Shown in pieces: positions 25,498 through 32,577 of a DNA stretch of 42,383 nucleotides. A program made the translations under genes and the position numbers. Every line of letters starts with the position of its first letter. Positions within the stretch are counted from its first letter, which is position 1. The notes under the pieces were generated by a model. That model was not told the DNA's origin, made no database searches, and was given only the letters and a program-made list of their open reading frames with translations. This stretch comes from Candidatus Parcubacteria bacterium (lineage in GTDB: Bacteria; Patescibacteriota; Minisyncoccia; Phycocordibacterales; Phycocordibacteraceae). The stretch spans positions 1 through 42,383 of the forward strand of contig JANLIU010000014.1 in assembly GCA_024654305.1 (NCBI GenBank), given 5' to 3'.

Positions 25498-25890
25498 ATG
25501 AAGCCTCTCCACATCGCGCTCATCATCACAGCCACGCTCATCGGCGGGGCGTTGATGCTCACACTTAATAAGCCGAGCGCGCAGCAAACTGAACCGGCGG
25601 CAAATAACGTGAGTATCGTTGATGGTCAGCAGATAATTGATATCACCGCGAAGGGCGGTTACACTCCGCGCACTTCGACCGCGAAAGCCGGTATTCCAAC
25701 CATCCTTCGCTTCCATACGAACGGGACTTTTGATTGTTCTTCCTACATCCGCATTCCGAGCATGGGGTTGAGCAAAAATCTTCCGTCAACCGGTACGGTG
25801 GACATTCCCCTAACAGACCCGAAAGCTGGCGCACTCATCGGCATGTGCGGAATGGGTATGTATCCGTTCCAAGTGAACTTCGAGAGCTAG
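25498..25890 (+). CDS. Cupredoxin-like domain protein (membrane-anchored)
   Basis: 130 aa with an N-terminal TM anchor. The block IIDITAKGGYTPRTSTAKAGIPTILRFHTNGTFDCSS..GMCGMGMY resembles the EfeO-N/cupredoxin_1 domains commonly encoded next to copA. Confidence 0.6.
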   Translation: MKPLHIALIITATLIGGALMLTLNKPSAQQTEPAANNVSIVDGQQIIDITAKGGYTPRTSTAKAGIPTILRFHTNGTFDCSSYIRIPSMGLSKNLPSTGTVDIPLTDPKAGALIGMCGMGMYPFQVNFES

Positions 25891-25893
25891 GGA

Positions 25894-26247
25894 TTAAGGG
25901 CGACCGTATTTGTCTTCAAGGCGCTTGATATCTTCTTCATCAAAATCGCCAAAGGCAATCTCGAGAAACGTAGTACCACCCGGACCACCGGTGACGCGAT
26001 GCTCGTTTCCGCGCGGACAGAAGAATGAACTGCCCTCATGCGCCTGATGTTCTTTGTCGCCGATGAGAATGACGCCTGAACCCTTGATGACGTGCCAAAA
26101 TTCATCACGGTGTTCGTGAGTCTGTAGGCTAAAATATTCTCCGGCGTTGACCGTGATTATTTTTACCGTCGTCTTCTCGTTGAGCGTGAAGCGCTCAAAG
26201 TTGCCCCACGGGCGATTTTCTTTTTCGTAGTGCGAGAGTCCTTCCAT
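25894..26247 (-). CDS. Cupin-domain protein related to the type II phosphomannose isomerase C-terminal domain
   Basis: 117 aa. RPWGNFERF..VKIITVNAGEYFSLQTHEHRDEFWHVIKGSG..GNEHRV is the ManC-type cupin signature. Confidence 0.7.
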   Translation of the reverse strand: MEGLSHYEKENRPWGNFERFTLNEKTTVKIITVNAGEYFSLQTHEHRDEFWHVIKGSGVILIGDKEHQAHEGSSFFCPRGNEHRVTGGPGGTTFLEIAFGDFDEEDIKRLEDKYGRP

Positions 26248-26338
26248 TGTGGAAGTATATCACTATGATTCTGTCGTTGGTGGAATACGTATAAAGTAGA
26301 GTAATATTATCCACAGGCTCTGTTTTACTTTAGAAGTT

Positions 26339-26956
26339 GTGAGTGAGAGAATGATACTAATGGATAAGAAGTTGTTAGAACTTTGGTATCTGCGGGATAA
26401 GAAGTCCGTACATACTATCGCCAGTGAGCTTAACTGTTCCGATGGGAAGGTCAATTATTGGATGGAGAAACATTTCATTCCCAAACGTTCAATCAGCGAT
26501 GCAATTTATACGAAGCATAATCCAAAAGGAGATCCTTTTTCGCCAAAAATACTCCAGACAAACGGGGATTCTTTTCTTTTCGGTCTTGGCATAGGCCTGT
26601 ATTGGGGTGAAGGTACGAAAAAGAATCCTGGTCAGGTTCGTTTGGGTAATACCGATCCGTACCTTATCAGAGCTTTCCTGATTTTCTTGCGAAAAATGTA
26701 CAACATCGATAATTCAAAATTGCGTTTTGCCATTCAGATTTTTACCGATATGGATCAGAAAAAAGAAGAGAAGTTTTGGCGAGATTTTCTTAAGGTAGAA
26801 GCGAAACAATTTTATAAAACGATCAATACGCGTTCCGGCAGTATCGGAACATACCGAGAGAAATCTAAACACGGAGTACTGACGGTCTATTTTGGCAATA
26901 AGAAGTTGCGGGATATTTTAATTGATGAAATTGAAAAATTGAAGGAATTCAGTTAG
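26339..26956 (+). CDS. Putative single-motif LAGLIDADG-type homing endonuclease with an N-terminal HTH, free-standing
   Basis: 205 aa with a GTG start at 26339 and alternative ATGs at 26351 and 26360. The N-terminal LLELWYLRDKKSVHTIASELNCSDGKVNYWMEKHFI is HTH-like. FLFGLGIGLYWGEGTK resembles the LAGLIDADG motif (L.GL..GDG/GEG). The gene is AT-rich and ends 18 nt before an intron-containing tRNA. Confidence 0.45.
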   Translation: MSERMILMDKKLLELWYLRDKKSVHTIASELNCSDGKVNYWMEKHFIPKRSISDAIYTKHNPKGDPFSPKILQTNGDSFLFGLGIGLYWGEGTKKNPGQVRLGNTDPYLIRAFLIFLRKMYNIDNSKLRFAIQIFTDMDQKKEEKFWRDFLKVEAKQFYKTINTRSGSIGTYREKSKHGVLTVYFGNKKLRDILIDEIEKLKEFS

Positions 26957-26974
26957 TATTCGACGGTGCGATAG

Positions 26975-27243
26975 GCCGAGATAGCTCAGTTGGTAGAGCA
27001 GCGCCATGGTGGGCCGCAAGCCCCGCCCACTTTTTTGGTAACAGATTAGTGAATCCTGAATTACGGTTAACGTCCACATAAACGGATAAGACCGTGGCAC
27101 CGGCGATATGTCGGGGCCCGAACGACTGACAAGGGTGTCCAGCAGTTTGCGGGACAAAGATACAGTCTAGCCCTCCCGTATACTTAAAGGGGAGGTGTAA
27201 GCGAAGGCGCAGGTCGTCGGTTCAATCCCGACTCTCGGCTCCA
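26975..27243 (+). tRNA. tRNA-Thr (anticodon GGU) interrupted by a group I intron between positions 36 and 37. CCA is encoded.
   Basis: The 5' exon is 26975-27010 (GCCGAGATAGCTCAGTTGGTAGAGCAGCGCCATGGT). The 3' exon is 27204-27240 (AAGGCGCAGGTCGTCGGTTCAATCCCGACTCTCGGCT) plus CCA. Joined, they give a canonical 73-nt cloverleaf very similar to E. coli tRNA-Thr(GGU): acceptor GCCGAGA/TCTCGGC, anticodon stem GCGCC/GGCGC, loop ATGGTAA. Confidence 0.8.
27011..27203 (+). ncRNA. Group I intron (about 193 nt, no internal ORF) in the tRNA-Thr anticodon loop
   Basis: The 5' splice site follows U36. A P1 helix GGU|GGG pairs with CCCGCC, giving the canonical U.G wobble (U36.G15), and is capped by a GCAA tetraloop. 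The intron ends in G (27203). Candidate P7 is GACTG (27124-27128) paired with CAGTC (27163-27167), preceded by a J8/7 S-element-like AAGATACAGTC (27157-27167; compare consensus AAGAUAUAGUC). Candidate P9 is CCTCCC/GGGAGG. Confidence 0.7.
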
Positions 27244-27254
27244 GAATCAAACCC
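27239..27254 (+). repeat. Left copy of a 16-nt direct repeat, CTCCAGAATCAAACCC, spanning the 3' end of tRNA-Thr
   Basis: Identical to 28191-28206. It covers the last tRNA nucleotides, the CCA and 11 nt downstream. Confidence 0.7.
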
Positions 27255-27304
27255 TATTTTCGGGGAATCCTTTTTTGCCTGTGCAAGATAAAACAGAATG
27301 TAAC

Positions 27305-28063
27305 CTATTCTTGAGGAGCTAACAGAACTAATTTTGAAAGAAGGATGCTCAAATCTGTCGCATCAACGGCTCCGTCGGCATTAAGGTCCATGTCTTTATT
27401 TTTTGGTATCCCCCAATTAGCAATGAAAATGCTCAAATCAGAAAGATCCACTTTCCCATCGTTGTTTAGATCTTCTGCTGGATATGGAACTACGGGTGGC
27501 GTTACTATACTGAAATTTGCAAGTTGGCTTGGAACAGTTACGGCAGTTCCTAACCCGTCGTTCGCAAGCACATGTGTATTAATGAGCGATACTGTAATCA
27601 GTCCGGCAGTTTTTGCACGAAAGACCACCGTAAGAATATTGCCAGCGATGCCAAGGAAACCAGGGGTCGGTAGGCCGCCGGAAAAAATGATGGTGTTGGT
27701 AGTTGTAGAAAAATGTGGATTAACCGGTACCCATAACGTATTTATTGAATTTTTTGTGGAAATGGATTTTATCTCAAGTTTGTCGGTCGGGAAAACAATC
27801 TCACCTTCAACGGCATTAATGGGGTCCTTCGTTGAATCAAGAAGCACCGATACGGCGATAAGGTCGTTCGGTTTGAAAACTCCACTTGCAGGGCTAAAAT
27901 ACATTCTTGTCTCCAATGCATCTGCCCGTATAGTTGTCTCCACATTTTTATCGCGTGTCAGAAGATAGGCGATAGTATTAAAATTAAAAATGACTAACAG
28001 CAAAAGAAAACCGACAACGAGTGCCAACCAGTGTTTTTTGAGATGTTCAACAGCAAGGTTCAT
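27305..28063 (-). CDS. Cohesin-domain protein with C-terminal type I dockerin repeats, membrane-anchored
   Basis: The start MNLAVEHLKKHW (ATG at 28063) is followed by a TM anchor. The cohesin-like block is DLIAVSVLLDSTKDPINAVEGEIVFPTDKLEI. Two dockerin EF-hand-like repeats are present: DLNNDGKVDLSDLSIF and DLNADGAVDATDLSIL. The gene is AT-rich. Confidence 0.65.
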   Translation of the reverse strand: MNLAVEHLKKHWLALVVGFLLLLVIFNFNTIAYLLTRDKNVETTIRADALETRMYFSPASGVFKPNDLIAVSVLLDSTKDPINAVEGEIVFPTDKLEIKSISTKNSINTLWVPVNPHFSTTTNTIIFSGGLPTPGFLGIAGNILTVVFRAKTAGLITVSLINTHVLANDGLGTAVTVPSQLANFSIVTPPVVPYPAEDLNNDGKVDLSDLSIFIANWGIPKNKDMDLNADGAVDATDLSILLSKLVLLAPQE

Positions 28064-28190
28064 AGACCACCTAATAATAATACCACCTCCCACACGTCAA
28101 TCTTTTAATTGCGCATTACTTTTGCGATCTCCCCGAGGCGCGAGAAGAAGGTCAGGGGGCGAAATAGGTTCTAGCGCGGTTTAATAGGGT

Positions 28191-28206
28191 CTCCAGAATC
28201 AAACCC
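28191..28206 (+). repeat. Right copy of the 16-nt direct repeat, CTCCAGAATCAAACCC
   Basis: Identical to 27239-27254. The sequence just upstream (GCGCGGTTTAATAGGGT) weakly resembles a decayed tRNA T-arm (GTCGGTTCAATCCCGAC). Confidence 0.65.
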
Positions 28207-28289
28207 ACAGGTGTGTATTGGCGCCATTCATTTTTTAGTGGGGTATACTATGTGAGTAAAGTCTTATTTTAAAAACTCAATAATCAACT

Positions 28290-29555
28290 ATGAAAATATT
28301 TAAAAGTGTTTCAGTAGTTGCATCCGTTTCTTTCGCTCTTGGTCTCATCATTCCGATGACGGCTCTCGCGGCAAGTCCATCGGCTGTGAGTCTCGGAACG
28401 GCGGGGGATTATGCGATTCTTGCAAAGACTGGAGTTTCAACGACCGGAGCAACCTCTGTTGTCGGAAATATAGGGCTTAGTCCGGCGGCGGCGAGCTACA
28501 TAACCGGATTTGATTTAATTCTTCCTGCGGCCGGCGCATATTCCACGTCGGCTCTGGTGACCGGAAAAGTATACGCACCGGGTTATGCGGACCCAACCCC
28601 GGCGAATCTCACCACCGCGGTACTTGATATGCAAAATGCATACACGGATGCTGCGGGACGTGCGGCTGATACTACCGAGCTCGGTGCCGGAAATATCGGC
28701 GGACTGACGCTCGTCTCCGGCGTCTACAAGTGGGGAACTGGCGTCACCATCCCGACTGATGTGACGCTTTCGGGTAGTGCGAATGACATCTGGATTTTCG
28801 AAATAGGACAAAATCTCGATATCAGTTCCGCGACGAAGGTAGTTCTCGCCGGCGGTGCTCAAGCCAAGAACATTTTCTGGCAGGTCGCCGGGCAGGCAAC
28901 ACTCGGAACGACTGCGGTCATGAATGGAAATATCTTGGGCCAGACAGCTATCGTGATGAATACCGGGGCCGTATTGAACGGCCGTGCATTGGCACAAACT
29001 GCCGTAACGTTAGATGCGAGTACGGTGACTGCGCCTACTTCCTCGGCTTCCACGCCGGCGCCGGCTACCTCAGCCACACCCGCAACTCCGTCAAGCTCAA
29101 CCTCCTCAGATACCTCCGCAACTCCTGCGACCTCCGCAACTCCGTCTGCTAATGCGACCTCGGCAAATTCTGCCTCAGGCCTTACCGCCCCGCAGATACA
29201 AGCCATTCTTGAGGTGCTTGCGTCATTCAATGCTGATGCGTCAGTCATTGCGAACGTGCGCGCCTCGCTCGGCGGTACGACCACGGGCTCGGTCACGAGC
29301 GCCGCGGTGCACGCATTCCAAGCGAATCTCACTGTCGGCTCTCTCGGCAGCGAGGTGAAAGCGCTCCAAGAATACCTGAACGCACACGGCTATACCGTTG
29401 CGAATAGTGGGGCAGGGTCTCCGGGGAACGAGACGACAACCTTCGGTGCCGCGACGCGTGCCGCTCTCGTGAAGTATCAGCAGGCGAAAGGCATCACGCC
29501 GGCCGTCGGATACTTCGGTACTTTGACGCGCGCATCGGTCAACGCGAGCGAATAA
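28290..29555 (+). CDS. DUF3494 (ice-binding-like) surface protein with a Thr/Ser/Pro/Ala linker and a C-terminal PG_binding_1 peptidoglycan-binding domain
   Basis: It has a signal peptide. LGTAGDYAILAKTGVSTTGATSVVGNIGLSPAAASYITGF and NGRALAQTAVTL are DUF3494 hallmarks. The C-terminal GSEVKALQEYLNAHGY..FGAATRAALVKYQQAKGI is PG_binding_1. Confidence 0.75.
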   Translation: MKIFKSVSVVASVSFALGLIIPMTALAASPSAVSLGTAGDYAILAKTGVSTTGATSVVGNIGLSPAAASYITGFDLILPAAGAYSTSALVTGKVYAPGYADPTPANLTTAVLDMQNAYTDAAGRAADTTELGAGNIGGLTLVSGVYKWGTGVTIPTDVTLSGSANDIWIFEIGQNLDISSATKVVLAGGAQAKNIFWQVAGQATLGTTAVMNGNILGQTAIVMNTGAVLNGRALAQTAVTLDASTVTAPTSSASTPAPATSATPATPSSSTSSDTSATPATSATPSANATSANSASGLTAPQIQAILEVLASFNADASVIANVRASLGGTTTGSVTSAAVHAFQANLTVGSLGSEVKALQEYLNAHGYTVANSGAGSPGNETTTFGAATRAALVKYQQAKGITPAVGYFGTLTRASVNASE

Positions 29556-29679
29556 GCTTGCAGAGCAAAGCTTGCTCCCTGCGCTTGCCTCAAACGAATG
29601 CATAGGAATGCACTCGTTACTCAGCTCGCTTGGTAGTAACTTCCGTTTTTGGCGCATAGGGTTTATCCACAAAGTACGG

Positions 29680-29727
29680 TTGACACCGTGCTTTTGTTTG
29701 GTATACGCGCGTATACTTGTATACAAG
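29680..29727 (+). promoter_or_regulatory. Candidate promoter with clustered GTATAC palindromes, upstream of the second DUF3494 gene
   Basis: TTGACA is at 29680-29685, flanked by ACGGT..ACCGT. It is followed by the perfect 16-nt palindrome GTATACGCGCGTATAC (29701-29716) and the 12-nt palindrome CTTGTATACAAG (29716-29727). That gives three GTATAC hexamers within 24 nt, about 25 nt before the ATG. Confidence 0.35.
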
Positions 29728-29749
29728 TCTTACACATAATCTATCTCGC

Positions 29750-30721
29750 ATGAAGTTATCATATAAGGTTTCTTTGGCGGTGTTGTCTGCGGCAGCGTTT
29801 CTAGGTCCAATATTCGCACACGCGGCAACATCGCCATCTCTCGGAGCGGCCGCCGGTTACTCTCTGTATGGCGACGCAGGAGTGACGAATACGGGCGCAG
29901 GGACTCATGTCTGGGGAAATGTCGGCGACAATAGTCTCGGCCATCCCGGTCTTCTTGGAACACAAGTAGATGGAACGATAGACGCCGGCGCTGGCGTCGC
30001 TGGTGCTGCAGGAACGGCATATGGCGCGCTCGATGCTCAAGGAGCTACAGGAGCCCTCGACTTAGCCGGGACTCACACCGTTACGCCGGGCGTCTATACC
30101 GTAGGAGCGACGACATTGAACGGCACCCTCACCCTCGACGGCGCGGGCGTCTACATCTTCCGTAGCGATTCTAGTATCACAACCTCTGGTGCGGGAACGA
30201 TGAATTTGATTAACGGTGCGACGGCCTGTAACGTGTTTTGGCAGATTCCTACTTCTATGTCCATCGGCACGGGTACGCACGTTGAAGGAACGATTATCGC
30301 GCAAACGGGCGCCATCACGCTCGCGACCGGCGCAACCTTGGTAGGCCGCGCCTTGGCGCACACCCAAGTGACGCTCGACAGCAACCAAATCACCGAACCG
30401 ACGTGTGCGGCAGCTCCACCTGCTCCCGTCTACGGATGTATGGATTCAACAGCTACGAATTACAACTCAAGCGCCACAAGCCAAACAGGCGTGACGTGTA
30501 CCTATCCGGTCGTTACTACGGCGACTACGACCACCACCGTTGTAAATCCGGTCGTAACCACTCCTACGATTACCACGACCACGGTAGTTACCCCCACGCT
30601 TCCCAATACGGGACTTCCTCCTCGCGGAACAAGCACTACATCGGATGCCGCGATGGTGACCGGCATTCTTATGGCAGTTCTGGCCTCACTCGCCGTCATT
30701 CAGAAGAAACGCAAAATTTAG
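29750..30721 (+). CDS. DUF3494 (ice-binding-like) surface protein with a Thr/Val stalk and an LPNTG sortase sorting signal
   Basis: The start MKLSYKVSLAV.. is at ATG 29750. DUF3494 blocks include LGAAAGYSLYGDAGVTNTG and VGRALAHTQVTL. The C-terminal sorting signal is LPNTG, then a hydrophobic helix, then KKRKI. Confidence 0.75.
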   Translation: MKLSYKVSLAVLSAAAFLGPIFAHAATSPSLGAAAGYSLYGDAGVTNTGAGTHVWGNVGDNSLGHPGLLGTQVDGTIDAGAGVAGAAGTAYGALDAQGATGALDLAGTHTVTPGVYTVGATTLNGTLTLDGAGVYIFRSDSSITTSGAGTMNLINGATACNVFWQIPTSMSIGTGTHVEGTIIAQTGAITLATGATLVGRALAHTQVTLDSNQITEPTCAAAPPAPVYGCMDSTATNYNSSATSQTGVTCTYPVVTTATTTTTVVNPVVTTPTITTTTVVTPTLPNTGLPPRGTSTTSDAAMVTGILMAVLASLAVIQKKRKI

Positions 30722-30752
30722 TTCAATCATTAGAAAGAAAAAGCTTATCCAC

Positions 30753-30792
30753 AGCGAATAAAGAACCCGTCTTGGAGGGTTCTTTATTCGCT
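30753..30792 (+). terminator. Strong hairpin after the second DUF3494 gene
   Basis: AGCGAATAAAGAACCC-gtcttgga-GGGTTCTTTATTCGCT forms a perfect 16-bp stem with no clear U-tract. Confidence 0.5.
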
Positions 30793-30887
30793 ATACTGTA
30801 ATAGATAGCTATGCTTGTTCGTCATATTCTATAACCCCCAGGTGCTGGATCTCAAAATTACATAACTAAATTATAATAAATCATAGT

Positions 30888-32516
30888 ATGAAAATATCGA
30901 ACAAGGTTTCCATAGCCGTAGTATCTGCCTCACTGTTCCTTGGTCTCGTCGGTCCGATTGTTGCACATGCGGCGACATCACCATCTCTTGGAGATGCGGC
31001 AACTTTTTCCGTCATAGCCCAAACGTTAATTACAGGAACAACTCCTTCATCGGGTATATCGGGTGATGTTGGGATGAATGAAAGTGCTGCTAGTATTACT
31101 GCATTAACAACTGCAATGGTAAGCGGCACAATATATTCTAACCCTACAGGTAACACAGGCGGAGGTGCGCCCACGACACTCTTGGATGCTGATGTTCAGC
31201 CTAATCTCTCCACTGCATATGATTTCCTCGACACTGGTGGAGATAATGCAACTTGTACTAAGGCTCTTACTGGTGCTCTTGGCAGTGACACTGATGGACA
31301 AGACTTAGGTGGTCTTTCTCTCCCACCGGGTGTTTATTGTTCCGCTGGCAGCTACAATCTCACAGGAAATCTTACTCTTACTGGAACGACTGGTACCTGG
31401 GTTTTCAAGACAGTGTCAGGACTTACCACTGCAGTAGGTTCATCAGTTACTGGTGGTGACCCTTGTAATGTATGGTGGAGAATCGGGTCAGCAGCGGCTG
31501 GTCTCGGTAATTCCTCTACGTTTGTAGGAACAATCATCTCTTTGACGGGCATTACTTTTGGCACTAGCGTAACCTTAAATGGCCGAGCTTTAGCACTCGG
31601 TGCTGCTGTGACATTAAACAGCGGTGGTACCATTTCAGGACCGACTTGTGCGGCGGCCGTGGCGCTTTCAGGAGGAGTTCAATCTATTCCGCCAGTGTAC
31701 CCGCTTATCAATGTTACAAAAATACCAAGTCCTTTGAATTTGCCGGCAGGTCCGGGACCCGTCACCTACACCTATAAAGTGACGAACATAGGCGCAGTGG
31801 CTGTGTCGAATATAGAAGTCAAGGACAATAAGTGTTCCACGGTACAATTCGTTTCTGGCGATACCAACAAAGACGGACTGTTGGGTCTGACCGAAACGTG
31901 GACCTATAACTGTTTTAAAACAGTTTCAGAAACTGAAACAAATACAGTTACTGCCTGTGGTTCTGCCGCCAATGTCTCTAGTTCAGGAAGAATATGCGAT
32001 ACCGCACAAGCAACGGTTGCCGTCGGTGTGCCGCTAACGCCGCCATTGATCCATCTCGTAAAGGTACCGAGCGTATTCATTCTTCCCGCAGGCGGCGGAG
32101 CGGTTACCTACTCCTACACGGTAACCAATCCCGGTACGGTGCCCTTAAGCGATGTCAGCATCACTGACGATAAATGTACCGGTCTGCCGGGCCGTGTCGT
32201 CGGGCACCCCGGAGACATCAATAAAAATAACTTGCTAGATCCTGGTGAGACATTCCATTTCACGTGCCAAACGAATCTTATTCAAACAACAACAAACATC
32301 GGTACCGCTACGGGTCATGCGAATGGTTTTACTATCACCGATACCTCGCCTGCTACGGTCGTTGTTGTGCCGCCAGGTGTTGTCGTTCCGAAGCTGCCAA
32401 ATGCGGGACTTCCTCCGTATGGGACAAGCACCCCGCTGGATGCGGCACTCGCGGGCGGCATTCTCATGATGGTTCTGACCTCACTCGCCGTCATTCAGAA
32501 GAAACGCAAAATCTAG
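30888..32516 (+). CDS. DUF3494 (ice-binding-like) surface protein with two roughly 110-aa Cys-containing conserved repeat domains and an LPNAG sorting signal
   Basis: The signal peptide and the AATSPSLGDAATFSVIA block are paralogous to the gene at 29750. There are two repeats of the type ..P.G.G.VTY.Y.VTN.G.V..S...V.D.KC.. (TIGR01451-like conserved repeat). The C-terminal sorting signal is LPNAG, then a TM helix, then KKRKI. The last 34 coding nt (32479-32512) are identical to 30684-30717. Confidence 0.75.
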   Translation: MKISNKVSIAVVSASLFLGLVGPIVAHAATSPSLGDAATFSVIAQTLITGTTPSSGISGDVGMNESAASITALTTAMVSGTIYSNPTGNTGGGAPTTLLDADVQPNLSTAYDFLDTGGDNATCTKALTGALGSDTDGQDLGGLSLPPGVYCSAGSYNLTGNLTLTGTTGTWVFKTVSGLTTAVGSSVTGGDPCNVWWRIGSAAAGLGNSSTFVGTIISLTGITFGTSVTLNGRALALGAAVTLNSGGTISGPTCAAAVALSGGVQSIPPVYPLINVTKIPSPLNLPAGPGPVTYTYKVTNIGAVAVSNIEVKDNKCSTVQFVSGDTNKDGLLGLTETWTYNCFKTVSETETNTVTACGSAANVSSSGRICDTAQATVAVGVPLTPPLIHLVKVPSVFILPAGGGAVTYSYTVTNPGTVPLSDVSITDDKCTGLPGRVVGHPGDINKNNLLDPGETFHFTCQTNLIQTTTNIGTATGHANGFTITDTSPATVVVVPPGVVVPKLPNAGLPPYGTSTPLDAALAGGILMMVLTSLAVIQKKRKI

Positions 32517-32532
32517 TTTTAAGCGTTAAAAA

Positions 32533-32564
32533 CAGCAAAGCCCCGCCTTGGCGGGGCTTTGCTG
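32533..32564 (+). terminator. Hairpin terminator after the third DUF3494 gene
   Basis: CAGCAAAGCCCCGCC..GGCGGGGCTTTGCTG has a stem of about 15 bp, immediately followed by TATAAT (32566-32571). Confidence 0.55.
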
Positions 32565-32577
32565 GTATAATTCTGTG

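Noticed and set aside
26975-27243. Alternative reading of the split tRNA as two unrelated tRNA fragments or a pseudogene
   Set aside because: The halves reconstitute a complete 73-nt cloverleaf with correct stems and a sensible anticodon loop. The intervening sequence has a splice-site U.G pair, a terminal G and P7/J8-7-like elements. An intron is the more economical explanation, though splicing is untested.
29030-29170. Apparent tandem repeat (ACCTCCGCAACTCC occurs twice, Thr/Ser/Pro/Ala codons)
   Set aside because: It lies inside the first DUF3494 CDS and encodes a low-complexity TSPA linker between the DUF3494 and PG-binding domains. It is not an independent repeat element.
18551-30753. 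Replication origin (oriC) inferred from perfect DnaA boxes
   Set aside because: The boxes lie 1-12 kb apart rather than clustered within a few hundred bp. No dnaA/dnaN genes or AT-rich unwinding element lie nearby. I report them as a dispersed motif instead.
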